Positions 40,879-50,397 of a stretch of DNA of 64,000 bases are shown one piece after another. Numbering within the stretch: position 1 is the stretch's first letter; each line of letters starts with the position of its first letter. The notes beneath the pieces were generated by a model that saw only the letters and a list, made by a program, of their open reading frames with translations, was not told the origin of the DNA and ran no database searches. The position numbers and the translations under genes were made by a program. Source of the DNA: an uncultured Bacilli bacterium (lineage in GTDB: Bacteria; Bacillota_I; Bacilli_A; RF39; UBA660); contig CANQID010000001.1 in assembly GCA_947623925.1 (NCBI GenBank), positions 4,047 to 68,046 of the forward strand. The letters are read 5' to 3'.

Positions 40879-42834
40879 ATGATGAATAAAAAGAAATCAA
40901 TATATATATTATCAATATTAAATGCTATATATTTAATCTATTTAATATGTAGACCATATAAATATCCAGTATTAGGTATTGCATTAATATCTATAATTAT
41001 AATCCTTTTAGATATTTATTTAACACATAAATGGTTAAAAGCTGTAAAAAAAGATAAATTATATTCGAATAAAAAGAAATTAATTCTATATACTGGATTT
41101 AGTACATTATTTTTAATATTGTATTTTTGTGTATGTGGAGGGGTTAAATTTTTTACAAACACTTACCAAGATGCAAAAATTGTTTTTAGTAAAGAAGATA
41201 TATCTCAATCTTTTATTACTAGTATAACTATAGACAATGAAGTATTTAATAATTCTAATAATAAGTTTTATGATGATTTAGGAACAGAGAATACCAAAAT
41301 AAAATTTAAATTAGAAGAAAATAATGCAACATTGACGATAGAAGATGCTCGAAGCGGAATAATTACATTAAATAAAACTAGTGATGGAATGAAAGTAAAA
41401 GATGGTGAAAATAATCGTACAATAAAATTAGAAGATAACGAAGCTATAGAATATGAAATTGGATCATTATCAGTTTTTGATGGTAAATCAGTTATAAGGT
41501 CAGTTATATCCTTAGAATTAATATTGTTTGTAACATTTATGATAGCATCATATTTAATGAATATAAATAATAAAAATAATAAAAATAAGAAAAATATTAT
41601 TATAGCAATGTTAATAGTTGTATTAATAGGCCTATATTATTATCAAACAACAAGAATAGGAAATTTACATCCTGATTCACACGGGTATATTAATTATAAT
41701 TTTCAAGACTTATTAAAATTAAAATTAAATGATCGAACTCCAGTGTATCCATTAATAATAAGAATAATTAGGTTATGCTTTGGTATTAATAATTATTTAA
41801 GAATTATATCTTTCTTTCAATACATTGTATGGTTTATATCAATGATATATTTATATAAATTATTAGAAATATTAATAAAAAATAAAAAATTAGTATTTCT
41901 ATCAACAATATTGTATTCCCTAATGACATCAATTGTTGGTTGGAATAATGTAATTTTAACTGAATCTCTAGCCTTATCAGGAACGGTAATATACATATAT
42001 TATGTAATTAAGTATATAAAAGAAAATAAATTATCAAGCATTATGAAAGCTATAGTCTTATCATTAATATTAACTTTCCATAGACCAACTGCTATAATAT
42101 TAGTATTCTTTTTACCAATATTTTGGATAGTAAGATTTATTTTTGAAAGAGAGCATATAAGGAATGATATAAAGGGTTTTATAGGAAGTATGCTATCAGT
42201 TATAGTAATAGTAATTTATGCAATATTATTTCATAGAACCTATAATATATATTCCATTACCTCTGCAATGGTTAGACAAAATCTTTATGTGAATATGTAT
42301 AGTGGATTTTATAAAAATAGTAATGATGAACAATTTATTTACAGAGTAGAACAAGCTATTGCTAATAATCCTAATAACAAGTGGCAAGGATTAGGAGAAG
42401 TAAAATCACAATATTCAAATGAAGAATTAGTAAGGATTAATAGGCAATGTAAATTAAATAATATTAAAGGGTATTTAAGGTATTTAGTAAATTTAACTGT
42501 AAGTAATATGCCTGTAGAGTTTAGTAGTTATTCTTTTACAACAATAAATTCTAGTGTAAATATAATAAACCAATTTATATCTAGTTCAATTAATATTATA
42601 ACATTTGCAAGTGTTTATTTAGCAATTATAATAGAATTTATAATATTTATTTATAAATGGATTAAAGATAAAAAAATTCCATGGTTAGATGGCGGTTTAT
42701 TTGCTTTTCCACTAGTAATAGTTGCATCAACATTCATAGGAACTAATGCAGAGTTTATGCGTACTGCTATATGTGCAGTTCCATTTACTTTTATTACATA
42801 TATTTTATTAATATCAAGGATAATTAAGGAGTGA
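40879..42834 (+). CDS. large polytopic membrane protein, putative GT-C-fold glycosyltransferase (GtrC/YfhO-like role)
   Basis: 651-aa product with >10 TM helices and an extracytoplasmic loop domain. Sits between the GtrB-like GT2 and the ArnE/F-like pair. Confidence 0.5.
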   Translation: MMNKKKSIYILSILNAIYLIYLICRPYKYPVLGIALISIIIILLDIYLTHKWLKAVKKDKLYSNKKKLILYTGFSTLFLILYFCVCGGVKFFTNTYQDAKIVFSKEDISQSFITSITIDNEVFNNSNNKFYDDLGTENTKIKFKLEENNATLTIEDARSGIITLNKTSDGMKVKDGENNRTIKLEDNEAIEYEIGSLSVFDGKSVIRSVISLELILFVTFMIASYLMNINNKNNKNKKNIIIAMLIVVLIGLYYYQTTRIGNLHPDSHGYINYNFQDLLKLKLNDRTPVYPLIIRIIRLCFGINNYLRIISFFQYIVWFISMIYLYKLLEILIKNKKLVFLSTILYSLMTSIVGWNNVILTESLALSGTVIYIYYVIKYIKENKLSSIMKAIVLSLILTFHRPTAIILVFFLPIFWIVRFIFEREHIRNDIKGFIGSMLSVIVIVIYAILFHRTYNIYSITSAMVRQNLYVNMYSGFYKNSNDEQFIYRVEQAIANNPNNKWQGLGEVKSQYSNEELVRINRQCKLNNIKGYLRYLVNLTVSNMPVEFSSYSFTTINSSVNIINQFISSSINIITFASVYLAIIIEFIIFIYKWIKDKKIPWLDGGLFAFPLVIVASTFIGTNAEFMRTAICAVPFTFITYILLISRIIKE

Positions 42835-42882
42835 TGAAAAATAGTTGCATCGTTAAAAAAAAATAAAAAAGGTATTTTATTA

Positions 42883-43179
42883 ATGCTAGTATCGTCTATA
42901 TTTGCCTGTACAGGTCAATTATTATGGAAATTATCTGCTAATGGTAATATAATATTGTTATTGTGTGGCTTCTGTTTATATGGTTTAGGTGCATTAGTTA
43001 TGCTCTATGCTTATAAGTTTGGGAGCTTATCAGTTCTTCAACCTATTTTAAGTGCTAACTATATTTTTACAATTATTTTAGGAGGATTAATTTTAAAAGA
43101 AGTGATAACAATTAAAAAGGTTATAGGAATACTTATTATTATGGTTGGTGTCATCTTAATTGGTGGTGGCGAAAAATGA
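42883..43179 (+). CDS. small 4-TM DMT/SMR-like transporter subunit (ArnE-like putative polyprenyl-P-sugar flippase subunit)
   Basis: 98-aa product with 3-4 TM helices and the EamA/SMR-like GxxxG pattern. Overlaps the following paralogue by 4 nt. Confidence 0.6.
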   Translation: MLVSSIFACTGQLLWKLSANGNIILLLCGFCLYGLGALVMLYAYKFGSLSVLQPILSANYIFTIILGGLILKEVITIKKVIGILIIMVGVILIGGGEK

Positions 43180-43505
43180 TAAAGTATTACTTAATTTTAA
43201 TAATAATGACTTTTATGGGTTCTATTGCATCTTTATTTTTAAAAAAAACATCTAGTGCTGGTAATTTTATAAGTATGTTAAAAAATATAAATCTTTATAT
43301 TGGAGGTATTTTATATGTAATATCAGCCTTATTAAATATTTATCTTTTAAAATATTTAGATTATTCAATTGTTTTACCAATGACATCTATAACTTATATT
43401 TGGACTCTTATAATATCTGCTAAAATATTAAAAGAGAAAATAACTTTAAATAAAGTACTTGGAGTTACAAGTGTTATTATTGGTGTAATTATATTGGTTA
43501 TATAA
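43176..43505 (+). CDS. small 4-TM DMT/SMR-like transporter subunit (ArnF-like)
   Basis: 109-aa paralogue of the previous gene. Paired small subunits are typical of ArnE/ArnF. Confidence 0.6.
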   Translation: MIKYYLILIIMTFMGSIASLFLKKTSSAGNFISMLKNINLYIGGILYVISALLNIYLLKYLDYSIVLPMTSITYIWTLIISAKILKEKITLNKVLGVTSVIIGVIILVI

Positions 43506-43704
43506 ATAAATATAAAGGTTATAGTATTTGTATTAAATAAAATAACATAATACGTTAAAATATATTTATAAATAAGTTTAATGTCATTATTATGAAATAT
43601 ATATTTAATCATAACATGGATAAATTATAAAAAGAAAAATTCCCTTTGATTTATGCTTTATCTTTTATATGTAATGTATATGATTATATAAGTAGTTAAA
43701 GAAG

Positions 43705-43741
43705 ATTGTCATTTATATTTTTTGTAGATGACAATTTTTTA
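43705..43741 (+). terminator. rho-independent terminator
   Basis: ATTGTCAT (43705-43712) / ATGACAAT (43728-43735) with a 15-nt loop, followed by TTTTTT. Confidence 0.55.
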
Positions 43742-43761
43742 AGTTTTATATTAGAAAACAT

Positions 43762-43830
43762 AACTTTTTTTGTAAATAATAGTAAAAATGGCAATAAATC
43801 TTAAAAAAAATGTATAAATATGGTATAATT
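43762..43830 (+). promoter_or_regulatory. promoter module copy 2 with extended -10 (TGgTATAAT at 43821-43829)
   Basis: Near-identical to 34890-34958. Drives the phosphonate operon. Confidence 0.55.
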
Positions 43831-43881
43831 TTATTTAGGACTTAAAATTAAATTAAGCTGATTTTTTAAGAGGAGATTGAA

Positions 43882-44961
43882 TTGAGTATGTTAAATTTTA
43901 CAGTAGGACCGGTACAGTCTAGTGATAATGTAAGAAAAATTGGTGGTGAACAAGTACCATATTTTAGAACAGAAGAGTTCTCAAATATCATGTTAGAAAA
44001 CGAAAGATTAATTAAAAAATTTTCCAATTCTGGTGAAAATTCTAGAGTAGTATTTATAACAGGCTCTGGTACTGCTTCTATGGAAGCATCTGTTATAAAT
44101 ACTCTTACGAGAGAAGATAAATTATTAATAGTAAATGGTGGTAGTTTTGGACAAAGATTTGCAGAAATTTGTAATATACATGAACTTAATTATACTGAAA
44201 TAAAACTTGAAAGTGGTTGCAAATTAAAATCAAGTGATTTAGAACCATATGATAATAAAGGATATACTGCATTTATTGTTAATGTAGATGAAACATCTAC
44301 AGGAGTATATTATGATTTGAATTTAATTCATGAATTTTGTAAAAAAAATAATTTATTTTTAATAGTAGATGCAATAAGTTCATTTTTAGCAGATGAACTT
44401 GATATGCAAAAATATGAAATAGATGTTATGATCACAGGTTCTCAAAAAGCACTTGCTTGTCCACCTGGAATTTCAGTAATAGTACTTAGAGAAAATGCTT
44501 TAAAAAGAGTCCAAAATACTAATCCTAAATGTATGTATTTGGATTTAAAAAATGCACTATTAAATGGAGAAAGAGGTCAAACTCCTTTTACACCTGCTGT
44601 TGGAATTTTACTTCAAATAAATGAAAGACTAAAAGAAATAGAAAAAAATGGTGGAGTAGAATCTGAAATAAGAAAAATATCATCTATTGCGAATGACTTT
44701 AGAAATAGAATAAAAGATTTGCCTTTAAAAATAACATCAGAATCTTTATCAAATGCTGTAACACCATTATCTCCTTTAAATGTTTCAGCATATGATGTCT
44801 TTCTTACATTAAAAGATAAATATGACATATGGGTTTGTCCAAATGGGGGAGATTTAAAAGAAAAAATCTTTAGAGTTGGTCATATTGGAGATTTAACAAT
44901 TGAAGATAATGATAAATTGATATTAGCTTTAAAAGATATGGCAGATAAGCATTTATTATAA
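43882..44961 (+). CDS. class V aminotransferase, putative 2-aminoethylphosphonate:pyruvate aminotransferase (PhnW/AEP transaminase-like)
   Basis: AGT/class-V PLP fold (FTVGP, ITGSGTASMEA, PLP-lysine context ITGSQKALACPPG). First gene of an operon that also encodes PEP mutase and phosphonopyruvate decarboxylase. The start may be TTG 43882 or ATG 43888. Confidence 0.65.
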   Translation: MSMLNFTVGPVQSSDNVRKIGGEQVPYFRTEEFSNIMLENERLIKKFSNSGENSRVVFITGSGTASMEASVINTLTREDKLLIVNGGSFGQRFAEICNIHELNYTEIKLESGCKLKSSDLEPYDNKGYTAFIVNVDETSTGVYYDLNLIHEFCKKNNLFLIVDAISSFLADELDMQKYEIDVMITGSQKALACPPGISVIVLRENALKRVQNTNPKCMYLDLKNALLNGERGQTPFTPAVGILLQINERLKEIEKNGGVESEIRKISSIANDFRNRIKDLPLKITSESLSNAVTPLSPLNVSAYDVFLTLKDKYDIWVCPNGGDLKEKIFRVGHIGDLTIEDNDKLILALKDMADKHLL

Positions 44962-44982
44962 TATAAAAATGGAAGTGATATA

Positions 44983-46335
44983 TTGACTAGAGTAATTACT
45001 TATGGAACATATGATTTGTTACATTATGGACATATACGTTTATTAGAAAGAGCTAAACAATTAGGAGATTACTTAATTGTTGCAGTTACTTCAGATGACT
45101 TTGATAAAAAAAGAGGTAAAATTAATGTAAAACAATCATTAATGGAACGTATAGAAGCAGTAAGAAATACAGGACTTGCTGATGAGATTATAGTTGAAGA
45201 ATATGAAGGGCAAAAAATTGATGATATTAAAAGATATAATATTGATATATTTACTGTCGGATCTGATTGGAAGGGTAAATTTGATTATTTAAAAGAATAT
45301 TGTGATGTAGTGTATTTAGATAGAACGGAAGGTATTTCAAGTTCTAAACTTCGTTCAGAAACAACAACTCTTAAATTAGGAATAGTAGGTAACATTAAAC
45401 TTGCAGAAAAGTATATAACTGAAAGCAAATTTGTAAATGGATTAGAAATAGTTTCAATTTGTACAAATGATATTATTGAATTTGATACCGAAAATTTACA
45501 AAAATATTCTTATGATGAATATGATAAATTTTTAAGTAATATTGATGCAGTATATGTAGTATCTAATCCTAATGAACATTTTAATTTTGTTGATGAGGCA
45601 ATTAAAAATAAAAAACATGTTTTGTGTGAAACACCAATATGTTTAAAAAAAGATGAATGTTTATTATTATTTAAACAAGCTAAAGAAAATGGTGTAATAT
45701 TAATGGAGTCTAATAAGACTGCTTATTCAACTGCTTTTAATAGACTCTCATTATTAGTAAAAACAGGTTTAATAGGAAAAATTGTCTCAGTAGATGCAAC
45801 TTGTACAAGCATGGAAGAATATTTAAAGACAAATATAGAAGATATGCCAAAAAAACAAAATAGTATGTGTGCTTGGGGGTCTGTCGCTTTAGTTCCTATA
45901 TTTCAGTTGTTAGGAACGAATTATAACAAAATTCATTTTAGCACTTATTATTTAGATAAAAATATAAATTTTGATTTGTTTACGAAAGTAGATTTTAACT
46001 ATAATAATGCAGTTGCCTCTATAAAGGTTGGAAAAGGTGTTAAATCAGAGGGGGAACTTATTATTACAGGCACTAAAGGTTATATTTATGTCCCATCTCC
46101 TTGGTGGAAAACAGATTACTTTGAGATAAGATATGAATCACAAAATGACAATAAAAGATATTTCTATCAACTTGATGGTGAAGGCATAAGATATGAATTA
46201 GTAACTTTTCTTAAATCTGTTGAAAATGAAAAAAATTTATCATATATAGAACAAGAAATTAGTGAAGCAATAACTTTAGTTATTGAGAAATTTAATAATA
46301 AAGAAAATTTAGATGAAATATTTGTAGAAAGTTAG
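44983..46335 (+). CDS. bifunctional fusion: TagD-like glycerol-3-phosphate cytidylyltransferase domain + Gfo/Idh/MocA-family NAD(P)-dependent oxidoreductase domain
   Basis: N-terminal 130 aa closely match TagD (VITYGTYDLLHYGHIRLLERAKQLGDYLIVAV, DIFTVGSDWKGKFDYL, RTEGISSSKLR). C-terminal ~310 aa have a Gfo/Idh/MocA Rossmann region (LKLGIVGNIKLAEKYI, HVLCETP). Confidence 0.8.
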   Translation: MTRVITYGTYDLLHYGHIRLLERAKQLGDYLIVAVTSDDFDKKRGKINVKQSLMERIEAVRNTGLADEIIVEEYEGQKIDDIKRYNIDIFTVGSDWKGKFDYLKEYCDVVYLDRTEGISSSKLRSETTTLKLGIVGNIKLAEKYITESKFVNGLEIVSICTNDIIEFDTENLQKYSYDEYDKFLSNIDAVYVVSNPNEHFNFVDEAIKNKKHVLCETPICLKKDECLLLFKQAKENGVILMESNKTAYSTAFNRLSLLVKTGLIGKIVSVDATCTSMEEYLKTNIEDMPKKQNSMCAWGSVALVPIFQLLGTNYNKIHFSTYYLDKNINFDLFTKVDFNYNNAVASIKVGKGVKSEGELIITGTKGYIYVPSPWWKTDYFEIRYESQNDNKRYFYQLDGEGIRYELVTFLKSVENEKNLSYIEQEISEAITLVIEKFNNKENLDEIFVES

Positions 46336-46343
46336 GTTATAGT

Positions 46344-47231
46344 ATGACTGAGGTAAAAGAATTAACAAAAGAAGAATTCAGAAAAATGCAATTAATGCAG
46401 TTAGATATGATTAAAGAACTTGATAGGGTGTGTAGAAAACATAACATTAAATATACAATATTTGCGGGCACATTACTTGGAGCAGTAAGACATAAAGGAT
46501 ATATACCATGGGATGATGATGCTGATATTGCCATGTTAAGAGAAGAATATGAAAAGTTTAAATTAGTTGCAGATGAATTAGATTCAAGTATATGTTATTT
46601 TCAAGACCATACTACTGATCCTAATTACAGATGGGGGTATGCAAAATTAAGACGAACTAATACTGAATATATTAGGGTTGGTCAAGAACACTTAAAATGT
46701 AAAACTGGATTTTTTATAGATATTTTTCCAATGGATGATATTCCAAAATCTACAATTGGTCAAGTTTTTAATGATTTTTATTGCTTTTGCTTGAGAAAAA
46801 TATTATATTCTGAGGTTGGCAAAGTTTCAAAAAGTGAAAGTAAATTATCAAGAAAATGGTATTCATTATTGTCAAAAATTCCAACTAATAAAGTATGGAA
46901 AAGATTAGATAAAATGACAAAAAAAAGTAATAATTCTAGTGAAAATAGAGTTAGAATATATCTTTTCCCTTCACTTGGAAAATCAAATAAAAAAAATTCA
47001 TTAAAGACAAAGTATGGAATGCCAAAGGAATGGTTTTTAAATTTTAACGAATATGATTTTGAAGAAAATAAATTTTATGGTACAGCTGATTATGATTCTT
47101 GTTTAAAATATCTTTATGATGACTATATGAAGTTACCACCTGAAGATAAAAGAGAGCAACACTCACCAACTTCTTCATATAGTTTTGATACGACAATTAG
47201 AAATAAAATTCGAGAGGATGATAATAAATGA
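46344..47231 (+). CDS. licD: LicD-family phosphotransferase (CDP/CMP-activated phospho-head-group transferase, fukutin/LicD superfamily)
   Basis: MQLMQLDMIKELDRVCRKHNIKYTIFAGTLLGAVRHKGYIPWDDDADIAM (LicD DxD core) and a conserved downstream D.F.D segment (GFFIDIFPMDD). Confidence 0.8.
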   Translation: MTEVKELTKEEFRKMQLMQLDMIKELDRVCRKHNIKYTIFAGTLLGAVRHKGYIPWDDDADIAMLREEYEKFKLVADELDSSICYFQDHTTDPNYRWGYAKLRRTNTEYIRVGQEHLKCKTGFFIDIFPMDDIPKSTIGQVFNDFYCFCLRKILYSEVGKVSKSESKLSRKWYSLLSKIPTNKVWKRLDKMTKKSNNSSENRVRIYLFPSLGKSNKKNSLKTKYGMPKEWFLNFNEYDFEENKFYGTADYDSCLKYLYDDYMKLPPEDKREQHSPTSSYSFDTTIRNKIREDDNK

Positions 47232-48535
47232 ATAAAAAAGTATATATAGCTATGTCCGCTGATTTTATTCATGATGGTCATATTAATGTAATAGAAGAAG
47301 GCTCAAGATATGGAGATGTAATTATTGGACTTTTAACAGATGAAGCAATAGCAACTTATAAAAGGATGCCATTACTAAATTATGATACTAGAAAGCGCAT
47401 TTTTGAGAACATGAAACATGTTAAAGAAGTAGTAAAGCAAGAAACTTTGGATTATACAAATAATTTAAAAAAAATAAAACCTGATTATGTAATTCATGGA
47501 GACGATTGGAAAAAAGGAATACAAAGTGTTATTAGACAAAAGGTTATTGATACTTTAAAAGAATGGAATGGAAAACTTATAGAAATTCCTTATACTATAG
47601 GTAACAATTGCACAGATTTAGAACATGAATATAGAATGCTAACAAATACACCTGATAATAGAAGAAGTAAACTAAAAAAATTATTAAATTTAAAACCTTA
47701 TATAAGTGTAATGGAAGCATCTAATGGATTAACAGGGTTGATTGTTGAAAATGCAAGAGTTGAAAACGAAAAGACAGGTTATTTAAAAGAATTTGATGCT
47801 ATGTGGGTAAGTAGTTTATGTGATTCTACATTTAAGGGAAAACCTGATATTGAATTAGTTGATTTAACTAGTAGAATAAATACAATTAATGAAATAATGG
47901 AAGTTACTACGAAACCTATAATTTTAGATGGTGATACAGGTGGAAAGGTAGAACACTTTGTTTATAATGTAAAAACACTAGAAAGATTGGGCGTTTCAGC
48001 AATAATAATAGAGGATAAAACTGGTTTAAAGAAAAACTCACTTTTTGGTACAGAAGTAGAACAGACACTTGATGATCCAGATAATTTTGCTAATAAAATT
48101 AGAGCAGGTAAGCAGGCTTTAGTAACTCGTGATTTTTTGATATTTGCTCGTCTAGAAAGTTTAATTGCAGGTAAAGGTATTGATGATGCATTATTTCGTG
48201 CTAAAAAATATTTAGAAGCAGGTGCTGATGGAATAATGATTCATAGCAAAGAAAAAGATGGCTCTGAAATTAAAGAATTTTTGAAAATATTTAGGAAAAA
48301 TTATCCAAATGTTCCAGTAATTGTTGTTCCAACTTCATATAATCAGTTTACTGAAAGTGAATTACATGAGTGGGGAGCAAATATAATAATTCATGCTAAT
48401 CATTTACTTAGAAGTGCATATCCAGCTATGATGAAAACAGCAAAATCAATTTTAGAAAATGGAAGAAGTAAAGAAGCAGATGAATACTGTATGCCTATTA
48501 AAGAAATTTTAACATTAATTCCAGGAGGTAAATAA
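47228..48535 (+). CDS. ppm: fusion: HxGH-type cytidylyltransferase domain + phosphoenolpyruvate phosphomutase (Ppm)
   Basis: N-terminal ~130 aa match the cytidylyltransferase-like family (IAMSADFIHDGHINVI). C-terminal ~290 aa are PEP mutase/ICL superfamily (VMEASNGLTGLIVENA, ILDGDTGGKVEHF, IIEDKTGLKKNSLFG, ARLES). Confidence 0.85.
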   Translation: MNKKVYIAMSADFIHDGHINVIEEGSRYGDVIIGLLTDEAIATYKRMPLLNYDTRKRIFENMKHVKEVVKQETLDYTNNLKKIKPDYVIHGDDWKKGIQSVIRQKVIDTLKEWNGKLIEIPYTIGNNCTDLEHEYRMLTNTPDNRRSKLKKLLNLKPYISVMEASNGLTGLIVENARVENEKTGYLKEFDAMWVSSLCDSTFKGKPDIELVDLTSRINTINEIMEVTTKPIILDGDTGGKVEHFVYNVKTLERLGVSAIIIEDKTGLKKNSLFGTEVEQTLDDPDNFANKIRAGKQALVTRDFLIFARLESLIAGKGIDDALFRAKKYLEAGADGIMIHSKEKDGSEIKEFLKIFRKNYPNVPVIVVPTSYNQFTESELHEWGANIIIHANHLLRSAYPAMMKTAKSILENGRSKEADEYCMPIKEILTLIPGGK

Positions 48536-49645
48536 ATGGTTGATACTGAAAAATTTTATGATTATTTGATTACTAAAAATTTAGATTTTTTTGCAGGGGT
48601 ACCGGATTCTTTATTAAAGAATCTGTGTTCTTGTATTAAAGAAAAATCTGATAAAACGCATAATATTATAACATCAAATGAAGGTAATGCAGTAGCTCTA
48701 GCGTCAGGTTATCATATTTCATCAGGTAAGTATGGTGTTGTATATATGCAAAATTCTGGAATTGGAAATGCGGTTAATCCTTTACTATCTTTAGCTGATG
48801 AAGAGGTTTATAGTATTCCAATGTTATTAATAGTTGGATGGCGTGGAGAGCCTGGCATTAAAGACGAACCTCAACATATTAAACAAGGTAAAGTTACAAT
48901 CGAATTATTTGAAACAATGGGAATAGAGTGTGTTATATTAGATGAAAATTATCAAGAAAAAATAGATTATTGCTATAAATATATAAGCAGTAATAATAAA
49001 CCTATTGCTTTAATTGTAAAAAAAGGTTTATTTACTGAATATAAATCTTCTAAACCAATTAATAATTATTTAATAACTAGAGAAGAAGCTTTAGAAACAA
49101 TTGTAGATTGTTTAAATGAAAATGATTTTATTGTTTCTACAACAGGAAAAACTTCAAGAGAACTTTTTGAAATAAGAGAAAAAAGGAAAGAAAAACATAG
49201 TAATGATTTTTTAACTGTTGGTTCTATGGGACATACTTCTTCTATAGCTCTAGGAATGAGTATTGGCAGTGAAAATAATATATATTGCATTGATGGTGAT
49301 GGTTCATTTATTATGCATATGGGTTCATTTGCAATAATACCTACAGTTGCAAAACAAAATTTTAAGTATATTTTAATAAATAATGGTGCACATGAATCTG
49401 TTGGGGGACAACCTACTGTTGCATTCAATATAGATATTCAAAAAATGTTATTATCATTAGGATTTAAAAATGTATATATTGCAAAAACAAATGAAGAAAT
49501 AAAAAAGTATATGAATAATTTAAAAAATGGTGAATTACAAGCATTAGTAATTTATACTAAATTAGGTTCTAGAGATAATCTTGGAAGACCTACAATTAGT
49601 CCTATAGAAAATAAAAAAGCAATGATGGAAAAATTTAGAAATTAG
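48536..49645 (+). CDS. ppd: phosphonopyruvate decarboxylase (ThDP-dependent)
   Basis: N-terminal FFAGVPDSLLKN, ThDP-binding GDGS...NNG region (IDGDGSFIMHMGS...INNGAHESVGG). Immediately follows ppm. Confidence 0.85.
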   Translation: MVDTEKFYDYLITKNLDFFAGVPDSLLKNLCSCIKEKSDKTHNIITSNEGNAVALASGYHISSGKYGVVYMQNSGIGNAVNPLLSLADEEVYSIPMLLIVGWRGEPGIKDEPQHIKQGKVTIELFETMGIECVILDENYQEKIDYCYKYISSNNKPIALIVKKGLFTEYKSSKPINNYLITREEALETIVDCLNENDFIVSTTGKTSRELFEIREKRKEKHSNDFLTVGSMGHTSSIALGMSIGSENNIYCIDGDGSFIMHMGSFAIIPTVAKQNFKYILINNGAHESVGGQPTVAFNIDIQKMLLSLGFKNVYIAKTNEEIKKYMNNLKNGELQALVIYTKLGSRDNLGRPTISPIENKKAMMEKFRN

Positions 49646-49653
49646 GTGTAGAA

Positions 49654-50382
49654 ATGAAAGCAATTATATTTAATTCTGGTATTGGTAAACGAATGGGTGA
49701 ATTTACAAAAAAGCATCATAAATCAATGGCAGTATTAAAAAATAAAGAAACAATTTTTGAAAGACAGATTAGGATTTTAAGTGAATGTGGAATAAGAGAA
49801 TTTGTTGTTACAACAGGTCCTTTTAAAGAACAACTTATAGAGGTAACTAAAAAGTTTCAAAATTTGAAATTTAATTTTGTTCAAAATGATTTATATGATA
49901 GTACAAACTATATATATTCTATGTATTTAGCTAGAAAAAATTTTGATGATGATTTTTTGTTACTACATGGTGATTTGGTTTTTAATAAAGATTTAGTAGA
50001 AGAAATGATAGGTGAAAAAAATTCAACTTGTTTAATAAATGAAAATAAACCTTTACCTGAAAAAGATTTTAAAGGAAGAATAAAAAATGGTAAATTAAAA
50101 GAAGTTTCAATAAATATTTTTGATCAAGATTGCTATGCTTTTCAACCACTTTACAAGTTAAATAAATCTGATTTATTAGCGTGGTCTAATGCTGTTGAAA
50201 AATTTGTAGAAGAAGGTAATAGAGGTGTATATGCAGAAAATGCATTAAATACAATTTTAAATGATATAAATATATATGCAAAATCATATAGTAATCACTA
50301 TATTGATGAGATAGATAATTTAGAAGATTATAATAGAGTTATAAATGAAATTGAAGAATTTGAAAAATTAAAAACAAAGTAA
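49654..50382 (+). CDS. LicC-like nucleotidyltransferase (putative phosphonate/phospho-head-group cytidylyltransferase, PntC-like)
   Basis: NTP_transferase fold with MKAIIFNSGIGKRMGEFT (G-x-G-x-R). 242 aa, similar in size to LicC. Confidence 0.7.
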   Translation: MKAIIFNSGIGKRMGEFTKKHHKSMAVLKNKETIFERQIRILSECGIREFVVTTGPFKEQLIEVTKKFQNLKFNFVQNDLYDSTNYIYSMYLARKNFDDDFLLLHGDLVFNKDLVEEMIGEKNSTCLINENKPLPEKDFKGRIKNGKLKEVSINIFDQDCYAFQPLYKLNKSDLLAWSNAVEKFVEEGNRGVYAENALNTILNDINIYAKSYSNHYIDEIDNLEDYNRVINEIEEFEKLKTK

Positions 50383-50397
50383 TGTTTGAGGTGATTT

